Positions 10,650 to 19,816 of a stretch of DNA of 64,000 nucleotides are shown piece by piece (the stretch's first letter is position 1; every line of letters starts with the position of its first letter). This DNA is from an uncultured Gammaproteobacteria bacterium (lineage in GTDB: Bacteria; Pseudomonadota; Gammaproteobacteria; JACCXJ01). The notes under the pieces are model-generated. The model ran no database searches and was not told where the DNA came from. It saw nothing but the letters and a program-made list of their open reading frames with translations. The position numbers and the translations under genes were made by a program. The stretch is from NCBI GenBank assembly GCA_963764725.1, contig CAVXTM010000018.1:608001-672000 (forward strand). Direction: 5' to 3'.

Positions 10650-11012
10650 AAGAGTTGCCTTCGGCCGTGGCCTGTTTTGAGGATGATTTCGCTTATCGCC
10701 CATCTGCGGCTCCCGATCGCACACCGGCGGGTGACGCGAACAACAAATCTATTAGAGCGCTTGTTCCTTGAAGAACGCCGGCGAACAAAAACCATTCCTC
10801 ATGCGTTCGGTAAACGCGCCGTCTTGAAACTTATGTTCGCCGCTATCCTACGGGCTTCCCAACCCTGGCTCAGGATCGGTATGAACGACTTCGAACGGCG
10901 GCAGCTTCAGGCACTGCGCCAGGAACTCGAACAACAGTTTCATGAACGAAATACTGTATCCATAAAACCCGCATCCCGCTCAGAAATTTACAGCAACCGG
11001 GGGGGACTTGGC
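10650..11012 (+). pseudogene. IS256 family transposase C-terminal remnant with right end
   Basis: HRRVTRTTNLLERLFLEERRRTK...LKLMFAA followed by TTTACAGCAACCGGGGGGACTTGGC. Confidence 0.8.
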
Positions 11013-11330
11013 CTGACAGTCGCCGGCTTAACTAGCGTCAATTCCTCGCGCCAGCCTGGCCAGATCCGAGAGACCCAGGCCCTGAGAAAGCGGTCCATAC
11101 GGCGAAGCTTCGGCCGGGGGTTGACGGCGCTGATACACGTTAAGCTGGTGCCGAAGCATTGTGTTCTCCATCTGTAGTGCTGCGCGAGAGCGAAAGAAGG
11201 TGCACACAAGGGTAGACATCATGGAACACGCGAGGGTGTCGAGGGTTCCCTGTCACCCTACATCCAAATGCTTTCCCCAAGCTAGATCTGCAGCCTTTCA
11301 ACTACATATGGATTTTCGGGAAGACAGGTG
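11013..11330 (-). pseudogene. integrase-core (DDE) IS transposase N-terminal remnant with left end
   Basis: FRSRAALQMENTMLRHQLNV / LRRMDRF..WVSRIWPGWREELTLVKPATV; the end-like ACCTGTCTTCCCGAAAA abuts a truncated attC. Confidence 0.7.
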
Positions 11331-11380
11331 TTCTTGCTTGCCGGCAACGTGCCCGCGCGCACCGACGCTTTTCGTTCAGC
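11331..11380 (+). other. right half of a truncated attC site
   Basis: ...CCCGCGCGCACCGACGCTTTTC-GTTCAGC; the left half was apparently removed at the adjacent IS end. Confidence 0.5.
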
Positions 11381-11430
11381 GTCCGCTTTGAGGTGAATCA
11401 CGATGTCGGTGTGAATGACTCCTCCGGGTC
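11374..11430 (+). repeat. 57-bp conserved right arm, copy A
   Basis: GTTCAGCGTCCGCTTTGAGGTGAATCACGATGTCGGTGTGAATGACTCCTCCGGGTC is identical to 15109-15165 and has 2 substitutions versus 13939-13995. Confidence 0.95.
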
Positions 11431-11497
11431 AACAAGCGTCCCATATTTGTGATGAGCCAGACTTGTGCTTCCCCACTGAGAATGGAGGAAACACACC

Positions 11498-12132
11498 ATG
11501 TACAGCAACGCAAATAGCGCCGACATCGGCGCCAACCACAATCCGTGGAACAAGGGCCGACTGATCGGGCCGAAACCCCCATTGAAACTCCGAGATCTGG
11601 GCGATTCGGATTCGACTGCAACTGGCCAAGCGCGCCAGAGACCTTGCCCTTTTCAACCTCTCCATCGACAGCAAGCTTCGGGGCTGTGATCTCGTCAAAC
11701 TCCAGGTACGCGATGTCGCGCATAGCGGCCGGGTCATTCCCCGGGCAACGGTCATGCAGCAGAAAACGGGGCAGCCCGTCAAGTTTGAATTGACCGAGCA
11801 AACGCGAGAAGCGGTCGAGGCCTGGATCGCCAAGGCGCAACTTTGCTCCAGTCAATTTCTATTTCCAAGCCGCATGACCCGCTCACCGCATATTTCGACC
11901 CGGCAGTATGCGCGGATCGTGAAATCGTGGGTCGCTCGCATCGGATTGAACCCGGGAGATTACGGAACCCACTCGATGCGCCGCACCAAGGCGACACTGA
12001 TTCTACCGGCGAACGAAAAACCTCCGAGCGGTGCAGCTATTGCTCGGGCACACCAAGCTGGAAAGCACGGTCAGATACCTCGGCATCGAGGTCGATGATG
12101 CCTTAGAGATGTCGGAGCAAACCGAAGTCTGA
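11498..12132 (+). pseudogene. small tyrosine recombinase (PWNKG type); two apparent frameshifts (~11590, ~12002)
   Basis: Joined frames read NPWNKGRLIGPKPPLK..IWAIRIRL..DLALFNLSIDSKLRGCDLV..QQKTG..YGTHSMRRTKATLIYRRTKNLRAVQLLLGHTKLESTVRYLG. All catalytic R-K-H-R-H-Y residues are present; RBS GGAGG. Confidence 0.9.
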
Positions 12133-12143
12133 AACCATTTAAA

Positions 12144-12190
12144 ACCGGCAGCGTCCGCCCAGTGCGGTCGCTTGCCGGCCAGAAACAGTC
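12144..12190 (+). repeat. imperfect hairpin and site-like repeat downstream of the recombinase
   Basis: CCGGCAGCGTCCGC...GCGGTCGCTTGCCGG inverted repeat, overlapping TGCCGGCCAGAAACAGTC. Confidence 0.55.
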
Positions 12191-12279
12191 AGTGGCGCGT
12201 AGCCCAAGACACCGCGGTAGCGGACACTCGGGGAAGCACCGTGCTCGCCCGCGAAGTGCAGCTGGCCGAGCTGCCGGAC

Positions 12280-12411
12280 CCGTTCATCCAGATTTGGATA
12301 GACGGAAGCGTCAGAGGTAGTATGTTGTTCGGAAAAGGCTTCCTGGCTACGACCAGACCTATTGCGGGAAGAGATAGACGGAATGATGTTCTGTTCACAT
12401 AACAGTTAGAT
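12280..12411 (+). other. attI-like site heading a cassette array (no intI in the window)
   Basis: Hairpin CCGTTCATCCAGATTTGGATAGACGG, direct repeat TAGACGGAA twice, ending ACATAACA-GTTAGAT (GTTRRRY) 10 nt before the first cassette ORF. Confidence 0.7.
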
Positions 12412-12420
12412 TCCTCGACC

Positions 12421-12912
12421 ATGCCAACGGTCCATCCATTGCGTGCGGTTTGGCTTCTCATTGCGAGACCTCGTCGGTTTGTCGAACTGGCGACTCGCCA
12501 TGACATCGACCAGGAGTTCCAACGGAACCCCCAACTGCTTGCTGCTTACCCCTCCCGCGAGCTCCCACCCGAAAGGGTGAAGAATTTCGAGGACAACGCA
12601 CAAGATCGTACCCGGAAGATGCGGAGTGCATTTGGGTCTGCGCTGTGGTCAACGGGTACCGCCGTTCTGCTTGGTTACCTTGTGGGGTGGGGCGTCGCCG
12701 CATACTGTGGGAAACCACCTCTCTGGGTGGTCTCTGTTCTCGCGGTCTCCGGGGCGGCCGTCATTCTCGTCGCCACGCTCGCGCTTCTGGGCTGGGAAAT
12801 CCAATCGTACAAGGGCGTCTCCCTGCCGGAGAAGGTCAACCGATGGTTGTTTCGCTCGCAGTATTGGTTCGGCACCTTTCTCATTGTGCTTTCTCTATCG
12901 TGCAGCACCTGA
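12421..12912 (+). CDS. gene cassette 1: multi-pass membrane protein of unknown function
   Basis: Lies between the GTTAGAT core and an attC; about three C-terminal hydrophobic segments. Confidence 0.75.
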   Translation: MPTVHPLRAVWLLIARPRRFVELATRHDIDQEFQRNPQLLAAYPSRELPPERVKNFEDNAQDRTRKMRSAFGSALWSTGTAVLLGYLVGWGVAAYCGKPPLWVVSVLAVSGAAVILVATLALLGWEIQSYKGVSLPEKVNRWLFRSQYWFGTFLIVLSLSCST

Positions 12913-12919
12913 TGAGCGA

Positions 12920-13009
12920 AGCTAATTTTTGCGTGCAGCGGACGCGCCGGAAGCAGCGTTCTTCTTTGCCAGCAAAGTGCCGGCGCGCCGCTGACGCAAT
13001 TCGTTAGCC
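12920..13009 (+). other. attC site 1
   Basis: AGCTAAT...TGCGT[G]CAGCGG[A]CGCGCCGG pairs with CCGGCGCGCCGCTGACGCA...GTTAGCC, giving two extrahelical bases; R'' is degenerate. Confidence 0.85.
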
Positions 13010-13030
13010 CTGATATCTCGAAAGTGTGGA

Positions 13031-13879
13031 ATGCCTATGAGCGAAGTCGAGGATCGCTACAAGACGATTTGCACCGATTTCGACACGCTCGTCACCTACG
13101 GGATTCGAGTATCTACATCGCTCGGAGGAAAAAACGCTCCGCACGATCGCGAATACTACGCTGATCGGATCTTTAGCAAGCTGCTTTGCCATGCAATCAC
13201 GCTCAAGCATATTGTCCCAACGGGATTGTCCCCCGTGGCTGCCGGCTACTCCGAACTTTGGGATGTCTCATCGGCGTGCGCTGTCTCGCGAGCGTTGCTT
13301 GAAGCATATGACACGCTGGCCTACGTCGCCATTGAGGATGTTCAGGTTGGCGAACGAGAGTTCCGAATCTTATTGTGGAAGTTGCATTCCGCAGAACGGA
13401 GACAGAAGATGCTTAGGCTCATTGGCTCGACCGCGCCGGCCGTCTTGGAAGTGGACAAGAACGTCACTGAGTTGCGCCAGAAACTAACCACGCATGATTT
13501 CTTCGACAGCGTAGAAGCAGGGCTGAAAAGAAAGGCTCGGAATGGCAACGTTCCACCTTTTCACCTGAGTCAGGCGGGGCGGAACAAGCGTGCCGGTGTG
13601 AATCACGAGTACTACAACGCCGCCCTAATGTTTCTTTCATCCTATGTCCACACCCACCCGTTTTCCGTTCACCAACTAATGGAATTTCGGGCCGGTGACC
13701 CGGAGAGTTTGAGGCTAATGTCCTCGCCTGTTCAATACGCGTCGGGCTTTCTCGCCAAAGGAATCGAGGGTACGAGTCTAGTCTTCGGGGATATTGTGCC
13801 GCTCCCATCGGAGGCAGAATCCGAAATCCAGAGCACTTGGATCGAGATTATTAGAAATGGCTTCGCAAGAGTCGGCTAA
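13031..13879 (+). CDS. gene cassette 2: DUF5677-like (HEPN-related) protein
   Basis: SRALLEAY and Y...LSSYVHTHP motifs; the stop TAA lies inside GGCTAAC. Confidence 0.7.
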   Translation: MPMSEVEDRYKTICTDFDTLVTYGIRVSTSLGGKNAPHDREYYADRIFSKLLCHAITLKHIVPTGLSPVAAGYSELWDVSSACAVSRALLEAYDTLAYVAIEDVQVGEREFRILLWKLHSAERRQKMLRLIGSTAPAVLEVDKNVTELRQKLTTHDFFDSVEAGLKRKARNGNVPPFHLSQAGRNKRAGVNHEYYNAALMFLSSYVHTHPFSVHQLMEFRAGDPESLRLMSSPVQYASGFLAKGIEGTSLVFGDIVPLPSEAESEIQSTWIEIIRNGFARVG

Positions 13880-13945
13880 CCCATCAATCAACCGGACCGC
13901 CAAAAAGCTACGCTTCTTGTCGTCCGGTTATCTCAAGCGTTCAGC
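13874..13945 (+). other. attC site 2
   Basis: GGCTAAC-CCATCAATCAACCGGAC...GTCCGGTTATCTCAAGC-GTTCAGC, 72 bp; R'' is complementary to the cassette's own GTTAGCC core. Confidence 0.9.
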
Positions 13946-13995
13946 GTCCGCTTTGAGGTGAATCACGATGTTGGAGTGAATGACTCCTCCGGGTC
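13939..13995 (+). repeat. 57-bp conserved right arm, copy B
   Basis: Two substitutions versus copies A and C; starts at the attC2 GTT. Confidence 0.95.
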
Positions 13996-14061
13996 GGCAA
14001 GCGCCTCATATTGTGACGAGCCAGACTTGTGTTTCCCCACTGAGTATGGAGAAAACACACC

Positions 14062-14210
14062 ATGTACAGCAACGCAAATAGCACAGATGTCCAGTGCCAT
14101 TCACAATCCGTGGAACAAAGGCCGACTGATCGGACCGAAGCCCCCATTGAAACCGCAAGAGATCTGTGCGATTCGGATCCGACTGCAACTGGCCAAGCGC
14201 GCCAGAGACC
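14062..14210 (+). pseudogene. second PWNKG tyrosine recombinase, 5' fragment
   Basis: HNPWNKGRLIGPKPPLKPQEICAIRIRLQLAKRARD, then an abrupt break; the upstream DNA is similar to 11431-11497. Confidence 0.85.
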
Positions 14211-14225
14211 GTTTATTTACTCTAT

Positions 14226-14253
14226 GGGCCGCAGCTCACCGGGAGCGTTATGT
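14226..14253 (+). other. right half of a truncated attC site
   Basis: GGCCGCAGCTCACCGGGAGC-GTTATGT, 31 nt before the next ATG. Confidence 0.65.
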
Positions 14254-14283
14254 GGCAAAACCTTCCCGAAGGAGGCTAGGAGA

Positions 14284-15099
14284 ATGATTCCGAACAGCGG
14301 CGCCATCAACTGGGTGATTGACCCTGTCACGCGGGCGATTGGATACGTCCTCGAAGAAACGAAGATTGTAGGTACTCTCCACAGGAGCCTTGCCGTGTTG
14401 GAAGGTCATGAGATTTTCCTGCGGTTGGCTCGAGAGAAGTTCGTGGAGGCAGAAACGAAAGAGGGCCTACCTTACATCGACCAGCTTATCGCGCAGGCAC
14501 CAGGTTTAAGTAAGGAAGCTGCCGAACTCCGGCAGAACGACTACTCGGTGGTGAATAGCCACAGTCTCATCGGAATGTGGGGTGCCGTAGAGATCGCGGT
14601 TGAGGATACGGTAGTGCTCGTACTCTCCAAGGAAACCTCCGCCCTCGGCGTGGTAGCCAATGCTGGTGTCAAGATAGCGAAGTTCGAGGGGCCAGTATCG
14701 GAAGACGATGCCCGAATTCTATTCTCTCGGCTTGAGCGGAAGCTTCGGGAAAGCCTAAAAGGAAAAGTGGGAGAGTTCTATGTCCAACTCCTCGGTCTCT
14801 TTGGAGTAAAGTTTAGCTGCAGCCGCCACACCCTTTCCAAACTGGATGAAATAAATTGCGTGAGGAACTGCATCCTGCACCGCGGCGGTATCATCGACGA
14901 TCGAGCAGCCCAGATTGACGGATTAAGGCCATTTCTGGGGACGCAGTTCCCGACCACGCAAGCTCGTTACCTTGAATACTATGATGCAATCGGTGATTTT
15001 TTGAAGGAGATGCTGAACGCGGTACTTGCAAGCAGCTACATTCAAACCGTGCCGAGCGGGACAAGTGGTTCTTCCAATGCCACATTACGCACGCCCTGA
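14284..15099 (+). CDS. gene cassette 3: HEPN-like protein
   Basis: RBS AGGAG; LDEINCVRNCILHRGG (R-x4-H) and an upstream W..VE..VED helix. Confidence 0.7.
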   Translation: MIPNSGAINWVIDPVTRAIGYVLEETKIVGTLHRSLAVLEGHEIFLRLAREKFVEAETKEGLPYIDQLIAQAPGLSKEAAELRQNDYSVVNSHSLIGMWGAVEIAVEDTVVLVLSKETSALGVVANAGVKIAKFEGPVSEDDARILFSRLERKLRESLKGKVGEFYVQLLGLFGVKFSCSRHTLSKLDEINCVRNCILHRGGIIDDRAAQIDGLRPFLGTQFPTTQARYLEYYDAIGDFLKEMLNAVLASSYIQTVPSGTSGSSNATLRTP

Positions 15100-15115
15100 G
15101 CTGGGCACGTTCAGC
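15079..15115 (+). other. decayed (internally deleted) attC site 3
   Basis: GCCACATTAC is one base from GCCACATAAC, the complement of the cassette start GTTATGTGGC; then CCCTGAGCTGGGCAC-GTTCAGC. Confidence 0.65.
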
Positions 15116-15165
15116 GTCCGCTTTGAGGTGAATCACGATGTCGGTGTGAATGACTCCTCCGGGTC
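15109..15165 (+). repeat. 57-bp conserved right arm, copy C
   Basis: Identical to copy A; diverges immediately after GGGTC and is not followed by a recombinase gene. Confidence 0.95.
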
Positions 15166-15423
15166 GTTACTGCGCCCATCGGGAAAGCACCGCCTGGGGT
15201 GAAGAAGCTTACGACGGACAGCAACAATTCCGAATCCGAAGCGGGCCACACCCTTGACCACTGCTGAACAGAAGGAAATCTGGCGATCCTAATTCGCCTA
15301 CAGCCCGCTCAGCGGACCCGAGATCTTCCTCTGTTCAATCGTGCTACCGACATTACGCGGCCCAGCGAGAGATTTGAGTTTCCTAGAAGCACGAGTAACA
15401 TATGATGCAAAGGAGCCTATTCG

Positions 15424-15648
15424 ATGAGCACCAGCATCCTTTCTCCTGAGCAAATCGCCAAACTTACAGCCGAGCAGCGTCTCGCGCTGATCGAAGCGCT
15501 GTGGGATAGCCTGGAGCAAGATGACTTACCGATTACACCTGCGCAAGCGGCAGAACTTGATCGTCGCATGGAGACCTACGAGCAGGATGCTGTCAACGCG
15601 CAGCCGTGGGAGGCGGTGAGGAAGCGCATTGAGCGCAACTTGCTTTGA
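15424..15648 (+). CDS. putative addiction-module antitoxin
   Basis: LTAEQRLALIEALWDSL...Q.AELDRR...PWEAVRKR. Confidence 0.85.
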   Translation: MSTSILSPEQIAKLTAEQRLALIEALWDSLEQDDLPITPAQAAELDRRMETYEQDAVNAQPWEAVRKRIERNLL

Positions 15649-15689
15649 AAATGGACGCGTTGATCCTGTACCGAAGGGGCCGAGCGTGA

Positions 15690-15864
15690 CATGGACAACC
15701 CACAGCAATTTCCCGTCGTACACCGCGACAAGCGTCGCGCGCTACTGAAGCGCTTTCCGTACGGGTTATATTTCTTATATTTCCGGATCGAGTTGACGTC
15801 TGCGGTGGTGGTCGGCTGTTTCCACGGGCATCGAAACCCAACGGCGTGGAAATCTCGCCAATAG
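15690..15864 (+). pseudogene. RelE/ParE toxin, N-terminally deleted
   Basis: NPQQFPVVHRDKRRALLKRFPYGLYF...VVVGCFHGHRNPTAWKSRQ*. Confidence 0.8.
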
Positions 15865-15976
15865 TGTCAAGCGAAGCTGTCAGTTCGTCAGTTTGGGCGG
15901 ATGGTCGTTAGCCCGCGAGCTCCTCCCAAAAGCGAAGGCTGTTGCACTGCCTCCGGAGGCAGTCCCTCAAACCGAA

Positions 15977-17056
15977 TTATCTCCGAAAAATAAAGCGGAA
16001 GATTACCGATCCGGAAAGTGCCGCGGCAAAGCTAGATCCGGTGCGTTTATGCAAAGCGGGTAGGACCACCTGAAGTATAAAATCGTGTAGCCCGCGTAGC
16101 TCGGGATATTCCGCGCTCACCTCTGTGATATATCCAAGCGTTCTCGGGATATATTCCAAGAAGCCGTTCTTTTCGTCGCGATGCCATAAACGCGCAAAGA
16201 TTCCGCCGGCCATCAGATGGCGCTGCATACCCATCCAATCGAACCAGCGTAGAAATGTGGCAAGGTTCAATCCGCCTAAGATACCGAATTCGACCGCTTG
16301 CTCAAAATAACGCGTGGCCCAAGCAATCACTTGCGGACGCGGCCAGCATACATAACAATCCCTTAACAGCGAAACCAAGTCGTAGCTGACCGGACCAATG
16401 ACCGCATCCTGGAAATCGAGGATCCCCGGATTGTTGCTGCCGATGACCATCAGATTGCGCGAATGATAGTCCCGATGCACGAAGGTCTGCGGCTGTGACA
16501 AGGCGGAATCGGCTAGCAGCTCGAAACTATCCGTAAGCATGTCATGTTCGTTTAGGGTGAGGTTGATACCGAGATGCCACCGCAGTAACCATTCCCTAAA
16601 GAGCTCCATCTCTCGCATGAGCAATTCGCGCCCGTAGGGCGGTAATCCGTGTCCCTCGACCCGCGCCTGCATGGCGAGGATCGCATTGATTGCATCGCCG
16701 TACAAGCGCGCAACTTTGTCCCCGTAGAGTTCCTGGAGATATATTCGGTTACCGAGATCTGTCAGCAGGAGGAAGCCGTGTTCTACGTCCCGGCTGACGA
16801 TTCGTGGCGCTGTAAGTCCCGCAGCGATTAAGCGTTGGGCGATCGCAATGTACGACCGGCAGTCCTCTTTCTCGGGTGGCGCGTCCATCACGATTAAGGA
16901 CTCGCCTTGATGGCTGACGCGCCAATAGCGCCGGAAGCTCGCGTCGCCAGACGCCGGGGTGAGATCGGCGCAGTGCGTCGCCAGTACGTTTTGTAGCCAA
17001 TGCTTAAGCAACTCGCCGCGGTTACTAAGGTTCCGATCACCGCATTCCATGTCCAT
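15977..17056 (-). CDS. amgK: MurNAc/GlcNAc kinase (APH family)
   Basis: ASGDASFRRYWR, MDAPPEKEDC, HRDYHSRNLM, ILDFQDAV, GMQRHL. Confidence 0.85.
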   Translation of the reverse strand: MDMECGDRNLSNRGELLKHWLQNVLATHCADLTPASGDASFRRYWRVSHQGESLIVMDAPPEKEDCRSYIAIAQRLIAAGLTAPRIVSRDVEHGFLLLTDLGNRIYLQELYGDKVARLYGDAINAILAMQARVEGHGLPPYGRELLMREMELFREWLLRWHLGINLTLNEHDMLTDSFELLADSALSQPQTFVHRDYHSRNLMVIGSNNPGILDFQDAVIGPVSYDLVSLLRDCYVCWPRPQVIAWATRYFEQAVEFGILGGLNLATFLRWFDWMGMQRHLMAGGIFARLWHRDEKNGFLEYIPRTLGYITEVSAEYPELRGLHDFILQVVLPALHKRTGSSFAAALSGSVIFRFIFRR

Positions 17057-17299
17057 TTCATTCCACCCTCGGGGCGCGACGCGAGCGCGCCCCCTGGTCC
17101 CGGCATTCGCGAAACTTTGTTGCAGCGCGCTACGGAGTACCGTCCCTTGGCCCGACTGTCTTTACGTACTCCCCGCCAACCTGACGGTAGATCTCGTCGA
17201 TTGCTCCTTAGGTTCGCATTATACTTGAATAAGCAGAAGGGCGTTACGCGGACTGTGTGGGAGCCGTTTCACCCGGTAGCGTGTCGAGCTAACGCTGTT

Positions 17300-17329
17300 T
17301 GCCATGTCGGCTTCGGGACGGACATGGCA
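17300..17329 (+). repeat. palindromic site-like repeat
   Basis: TGCCATGTC-GGCTTCGGGACG-GACATGGCA; the left part fits ATG.C.GCT..GGG.C. Confidence 0.5.
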
Positions 17330-17429
17330 CGAAACTGCGAGGCAGTGTTCAATATCCCGTAGCAAAAATGGCGTAAGACACCGATAGTTACGCGGGTTGA
17401 CACCTTAGATTCCATGTCTGATTTGAGCG

Positions 17430-17550
17430 ATGGCCTATATCGACGGTTTTGTGATCCCGTGCCGAACGGCAACCGGGACGCCTATCTTGCGCTGGCCAAG
17501 AGGGCCGCGCCCGTCTTTCTCGAACACGGCGCGACGCGCGTGTTTCACAT
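17430..17550 (+). pseudogene. DUF1428 family N-terminal fragment
   Basis: MAYIDGFVIP/PNGNRDAYLALAKRAAPVFLEHGATRV. Confidence 0.65.
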
Positions 17551-17583
17551 GACCTAGTGCTGTTCAAGACGAGGTGACCGAAG

Positions 17584-18697
17584 ATGCGGATCGGTGTACC
17601 GAAGGAGATCAAGGACAAAGAGGGCCGCGTGGCATTGACGCCGGCCGGCGCGAAGCAACTGTGCGAGGCGGGGCATGCCGTCCTGGTCGAGGAAAGGGCG
17701 GGCGTGGGCTCAGGTTTTTCGGACGAGAGTTACCGGGCATGCGGGGCGGCGATCGTCTCCGCGGATCTCGCCTGGGATGCCGGGCTCGTGCTCAAGGTCA
17801 AGGAGCCGCTCGAGTCCCGAGTATCGCTTTCTCAAGGACCAGATCCTCTTTACCTTCCTGCATCTCGCCGGTGTGCCCCGCAGGCTGACCGAGGCCTTGC
17901 TCGCGAACAAGACCGCGGCCTTGGCGTATGAGACTCTGGAGGATAAGAACGGAAGGTTGCCGCTGCTGGCGCCTATGAGCGCTGTTGCCGGCGATGTGGC
18001 GATCACGGTAGGCAGTTACCATCTCGCCAAGGTCCATGGGGGTCGAGGGACGCTGCTCGGAGAAGTGCTAGGAACGCGTCATGGGAAGGTCGTGGTCCTC
18101 GGCGATGGTGTGGTCGGGCGCCATGCCGCTCGCACCGCCGACGCCCTCGGGGCCGCGACCTTTATCGCCGGGCGCCACCCGGAGCGGGTCGAAGGACTTC
18201 AGCATGATACCTCGGAGAGGGTAAGTTTCTTTTTATCGAGCCCCGAGGCCATCGTCGCACATCTACAGGATGCGGACCTCGTCGTTGGGGCGGTTCTCCT
18301 GCGCGCGGCACGCGCGCCGTGGGTGGTGAGCGAGAGCATGGTAAAAGCCATGCAGCCGGGTGCCGTCATCGTCGATGTCAGCATCGATCAAGGAGGATGC
18401 ATCGAGACCTCGCGCCCAACCTCGCATTCCGACCCCGTGTACGAGAAGCACGGCGTTATCCACTATTGCGTGCCCAATATGCCAGGGGCTTATCCGCGGA
18501 CCTCGACCTTGGCACTCACCGCCGCGACCTTGCCCTACGTGTGTCGCCTTGCGGATCGAGGCATGGAAGCCGTGAGCGGCGATCCGGGTTTTGCGAAGGC
18601 CGTGAACACCTGCAATGGCTACCTCACCTGCAAGCCCGTGGCGGAGGCCTTGGACCTCCTCGACCGTTATCGCGGGATCGAAGATCTAGGTCTTTGA
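17584..18697 (+). CDS. ald: alanine dehydrogenase; one apparent frameshift near 17818
   Basis: MRIGVPKEIKDKEGRVALTP...LKVKEP in one frame; FTFLHLA...LLAPMSAVAG...DVSIDQGGCIETS...HYCVPNMPG in the next. Confidence 0.9.
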
Positions 18698-18764
18698 GCG
18701 GCGGGCGGTGGGCGTCGCCATCGTAGCCACGGACGTCTATCGAGCCCACGCTTCGATAGATCGC

Positions 18765-19235
18765 TTATCGGGTCCGGTTGCGGCCAGGTACCTCGATAGG
18801 GCCGTTGAGCACACCTCGGCGTTCTTGGAGCTCCGATCGAGGTATTTGCTCCTTGGGACTCAGGAACGGGGCCGCGGCGACGGCGAGGAGGCCCAGGAGA
18901 CCCACGACGCCGAGTCCCACACGCCACGCGCCATCCTCGCCGGGCCGTCCACGAATTGCGTTTACGATCCAACGCCAGTGCAGGATAAGATGCAGGGCCA
19001 GGATCGCCATGAGGCATACCGCGATCCAAAAGTGCACCTCCCCCCATTCGTGACGGGTGAGCCCCCAGATGAGTGTAATCGGTTTAAGCGCCGATCTCGG
19101 GCCGATGCCGAGGCCGTAGAGCGCACCGCTGCCGGCGGGGAAGGCATAACGGATGAGAAACCCGGTCGCCATCAATGCGACCAAGCCGATCAAAGCCGCT
19201 GCGTCGACGAGCGCGGAGAGTGTGCTGCGTTTCAT
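18765..19235 (-). CDS. DUF4405-like membrane protein
   Basis: ATG...WGLTRHEWGEVHFW...LHLILHWRWI. Confidence 0.75.
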   Translation of the reverse strand: MKRSTLSALVDAAALIGLVALMATGFLIRYAFPAGSGALYGLGIGPRSALKPITLIWGLTRHEWGEVHFWIAVCLMAILALHLILHWRWIVNAIRGRPGEDGAWRVGLGVVGLLGLLAVAAAPFLSPKEQIPRSELQERRGVLNGPIEVPGRNRTR

Positions 19236-19276
19236 TGCGTTAGTTCGGCGTTGGACCAAAAACTACCACAAGACTT

Positions 19277-19816
19277 TCACCAAGTACGGAAGCGGCCCGT
19301 ATCTAGGTGCACGAAATCCGAACTGGGGTAATAACCAACCCCGCCGTGAGCAAGCGAGATCGCCGCCTTGCGGACCAGGCGGGTGGGCACATCGCTGAGG
19401 CGGATGTCGATGGCCCGACCCTTGAGATGCAGACTGCCTTGCGAGACACTGCTGCTGTGCCGGCGTAGCATCTCGTTGGTTTTGGGCGAGCGGTAGCCCG
19501 AGATGACCTCGAACCGGCCACGGCTCTCTGTTCGGATCCGCACGGTGTGCAGGATGTCCAGCAGCCGAGGGTCGATCGCGTGCACATCGCCGGTGCGGAA
19601 GTCGCGCAGCAACTGATTGATCTCGATGAGCGCTTCGGGAACGTACCGGCCGTCCTCGCAATAGACGATGCTTAATTTTTCGCTCGTATGCATGTGAGTA
19701 AATGTCAGGTGTCGCGCGCTGCGCAACCTGGCGAAGCCGGCTACCGGGACGAGCGCTACGGGCAGCAGTAGGCCCGCCGCTTGGAGCAGACGGCGACGCT
19801 TACGGGTAAACTGCAT
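19277..19816 (-). CDS. YcbK/DUF882 peptidase M15 family protein (MepK-like)
   Basis: Tat-like signal; LLRDFR, ISGYRSPKTN, SLHLKGRAIDIR, GGVGYYPSSDFVHLDTG. Confidence 0.9.
   Translation of the reverse strand: MQFTRKRRRLLQAAGLLLPVALVPVAGFARLRSARHLTFTHMHTSEKLSIVYCEDGRYVPEALIEINQLLRDFRTGDVHAIDPRLLDILHTVRIRTESRGRFEVISGYRSPKTNEMLRRHSSSVSQGSLHLKGRAIDIRLSDVPTRLVRKAAISLAHGGVGYYPSSDFVHLDTGRFRTW

Noticed and set aside
11498-12132. Recombinase as an integron integrase IntI
   Set aside because: Only about 210 aa, PWNKG N-terminus, no IntI-specific insertion apparent, and co-directional with rather than divergent from the cassettes.
12391-12405. CTGTTCACATAACAG as a LexA box
   Set aside because: The spacer is 7 nt, not the 8 nt of CTGT-N8-ACAG.
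14062-15099. 345-aa ORF as a recombinase-HEPN fusion
   Set aside because: The first 74 codons are mostly out of frame with the recombinase and cross an attC remnant; the real start is ATG 14284 with its own RBS.
11374-15165. 57-bp repeats as a CRISPR array
   Set aside because: Spacing is 1.2-2.6 kb with genes in between, and there are no cas genes.
15865-15913. attC after the addiction module (GTTAGCC at 15907)
   Set aside because: No inverse core or convincing stem was found; at most a relic.
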